This document shows, piece by piece, positions 63,050-64,000 of a DNA stretch of 64,000 nt. Each line of letters starts with the position of its first letter. Position 1 is the stretch's first letter. A program made the translations under genes and the position numbers. Location: the NCBI GenBank assembly GCA_030264375.1, contig JASCQW010000001.1:71110188-71174187 (forward strand), in the 5' to 3' direction. The notes under the pieces were generated by a model that saw only the letters and a program-made list of their open reading frames with translations, was not told the DNA's origin and did not search any database. Source of the DNA: Carcharhinus longimanus (Eukaryota).

Positions 63050-63910
63050 CATTAATTCCCAATTGCCTAGACTTTGATCTTTCATTCACCATGACATCAT
63101 TGCAGCTGCTGAACCACATTGCTAGCTGCAACCTCAATGCCCTAGTCCCCATCAGAACTGTTACTCTCTCTCAATCTGGCTATTCACCCGTATGACCCTC
63201 ACCTCTGCTCTGACCATGTAAAACAATATTTAGTCTTACTCTCACCTGCAAAATTGTTCATTGTCCAAGATCATCCCAGAATGCAGCGGTAACCCTGGCT
63301 CCTTTACTCCATTGTTTAAACCTGTCTCTTTTGCATAACGTACGCTCACCACACTCAACACATGTGCAATGAGCTTCCATGTTAACTGACACTGTTAATG
63401 ACTGTCTTTCCTTAGGTTCTGTTCCTGTCTCGAAACCACCACCATCACCTCTCTCCTCAAAAAACAACCTTTTGTTGTTCCATCCTTGTCAACATCCTTC
63501 ACATCTCCAACCTCCATTGCCTCTCCAATGTCACTGGACATGTTTTTCTTCCAAATTCATACCCATCTTTCCTGGAACTCCATGTTTGAATCTCTCCAAT
63601 CAGTTTTTCACCCCTACAACAGTTTTGAAATATCCATTAACAAAGTAAAAAATTACCTAATGAGTAGGATTTTACAGCCTCGCTTTATCGAGATCAGAAA
63701 TTCCTGCCTGAGATCAATGAACATTTCTATTGTCTGCCCCTCGCCCACTCCGATTTTGTGGCAGGCAGGGCAGTAGAATTCCAGTATATATATATATCAC
63801 TATGACAAAGGTAAACAATTCCTCCCTAGGCCTCTTCACATTGCCTGCAGTCTTTGAGATGGTTGACCATACCATCCTCCTCTAATACCTTTCCACTGTC
63901 ATCCATTGTA
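63050..63910 (+). mobile_element. Decayed L2-like LINE ORF2 fragment interrupted by a MITE
   Basis: C/T-rich degenerate RT: CATCTCCAACCTCC (ISNL-like), FESLQS.F, GTTGACCATACCATCCTCCTC (VDHTILL). Confidence 0.6.
63662..63786. mobile_element. MITE copy G
   Basis: GAGTAGGATTTT..AAATTCCTGCCTGAGATCAA..AGAATTCCAG; collinear with copies A and E. Confidence 0.7.
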
Positions 63911-64000
63911 CTCACCTGTTTCCTTATCATTTATTTATATCTTTTAAGGAATGTGAGCATTGTTGGCTAAGCTATTATTTATCGCCCATCCCGAATCGCT

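Noticed and set aside
1-64000. CRISPR array, prokaryotic operon or defence system
   Set aside because: No regularly spaced repeats and no gene-dense coding; the sequence is vertebrate repeat-rich DNA throughout.

Overview
Repeat-rich vertebrate DNA from a draft assembly with many N gaps. The repeat families (HE1-type V-SINEs, SacSINE1-like DeuSINEs, CR1/HER1-like, Rex1/Babar and L2 LINE fragments, Penelope-like termini) point to a shark. I find no intact protein-coding gene, tRNA/rRNA gene or CRISPR array, and the ORF track is explained by repeats, gaps and chance. Recognisable coding fossils are a near full-length but dead PIF/Harbinger (HARBI1-like) transposase at ~37.6-38.8 kb, a Gypsy integrase at ~32.6-33.1 kb and several LINE ORF2 pieces. 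The most notable observations are: (1) an intact-looking minimal hammerhead ribozyme in a Penelope-like terminal repeat (12410-12443, minus); (2) a 22-nt micro-insertion of the same family's 3' tip with a perfect 13-bp target duplication (40267-40314); (3) a dispersed MITE family with GGGCAGGATTTT-like inverted termini, one copy nested in the Harbinger transposase; (4) a solo LTR with internal palindromes; (5) repeat-free AT-rich islands that may be conserved enhancers. I cannot support a wholly new biological system from sequence alone. Family names come from by-eye recognition, not database searches, and most repeat boundaries are approximate.
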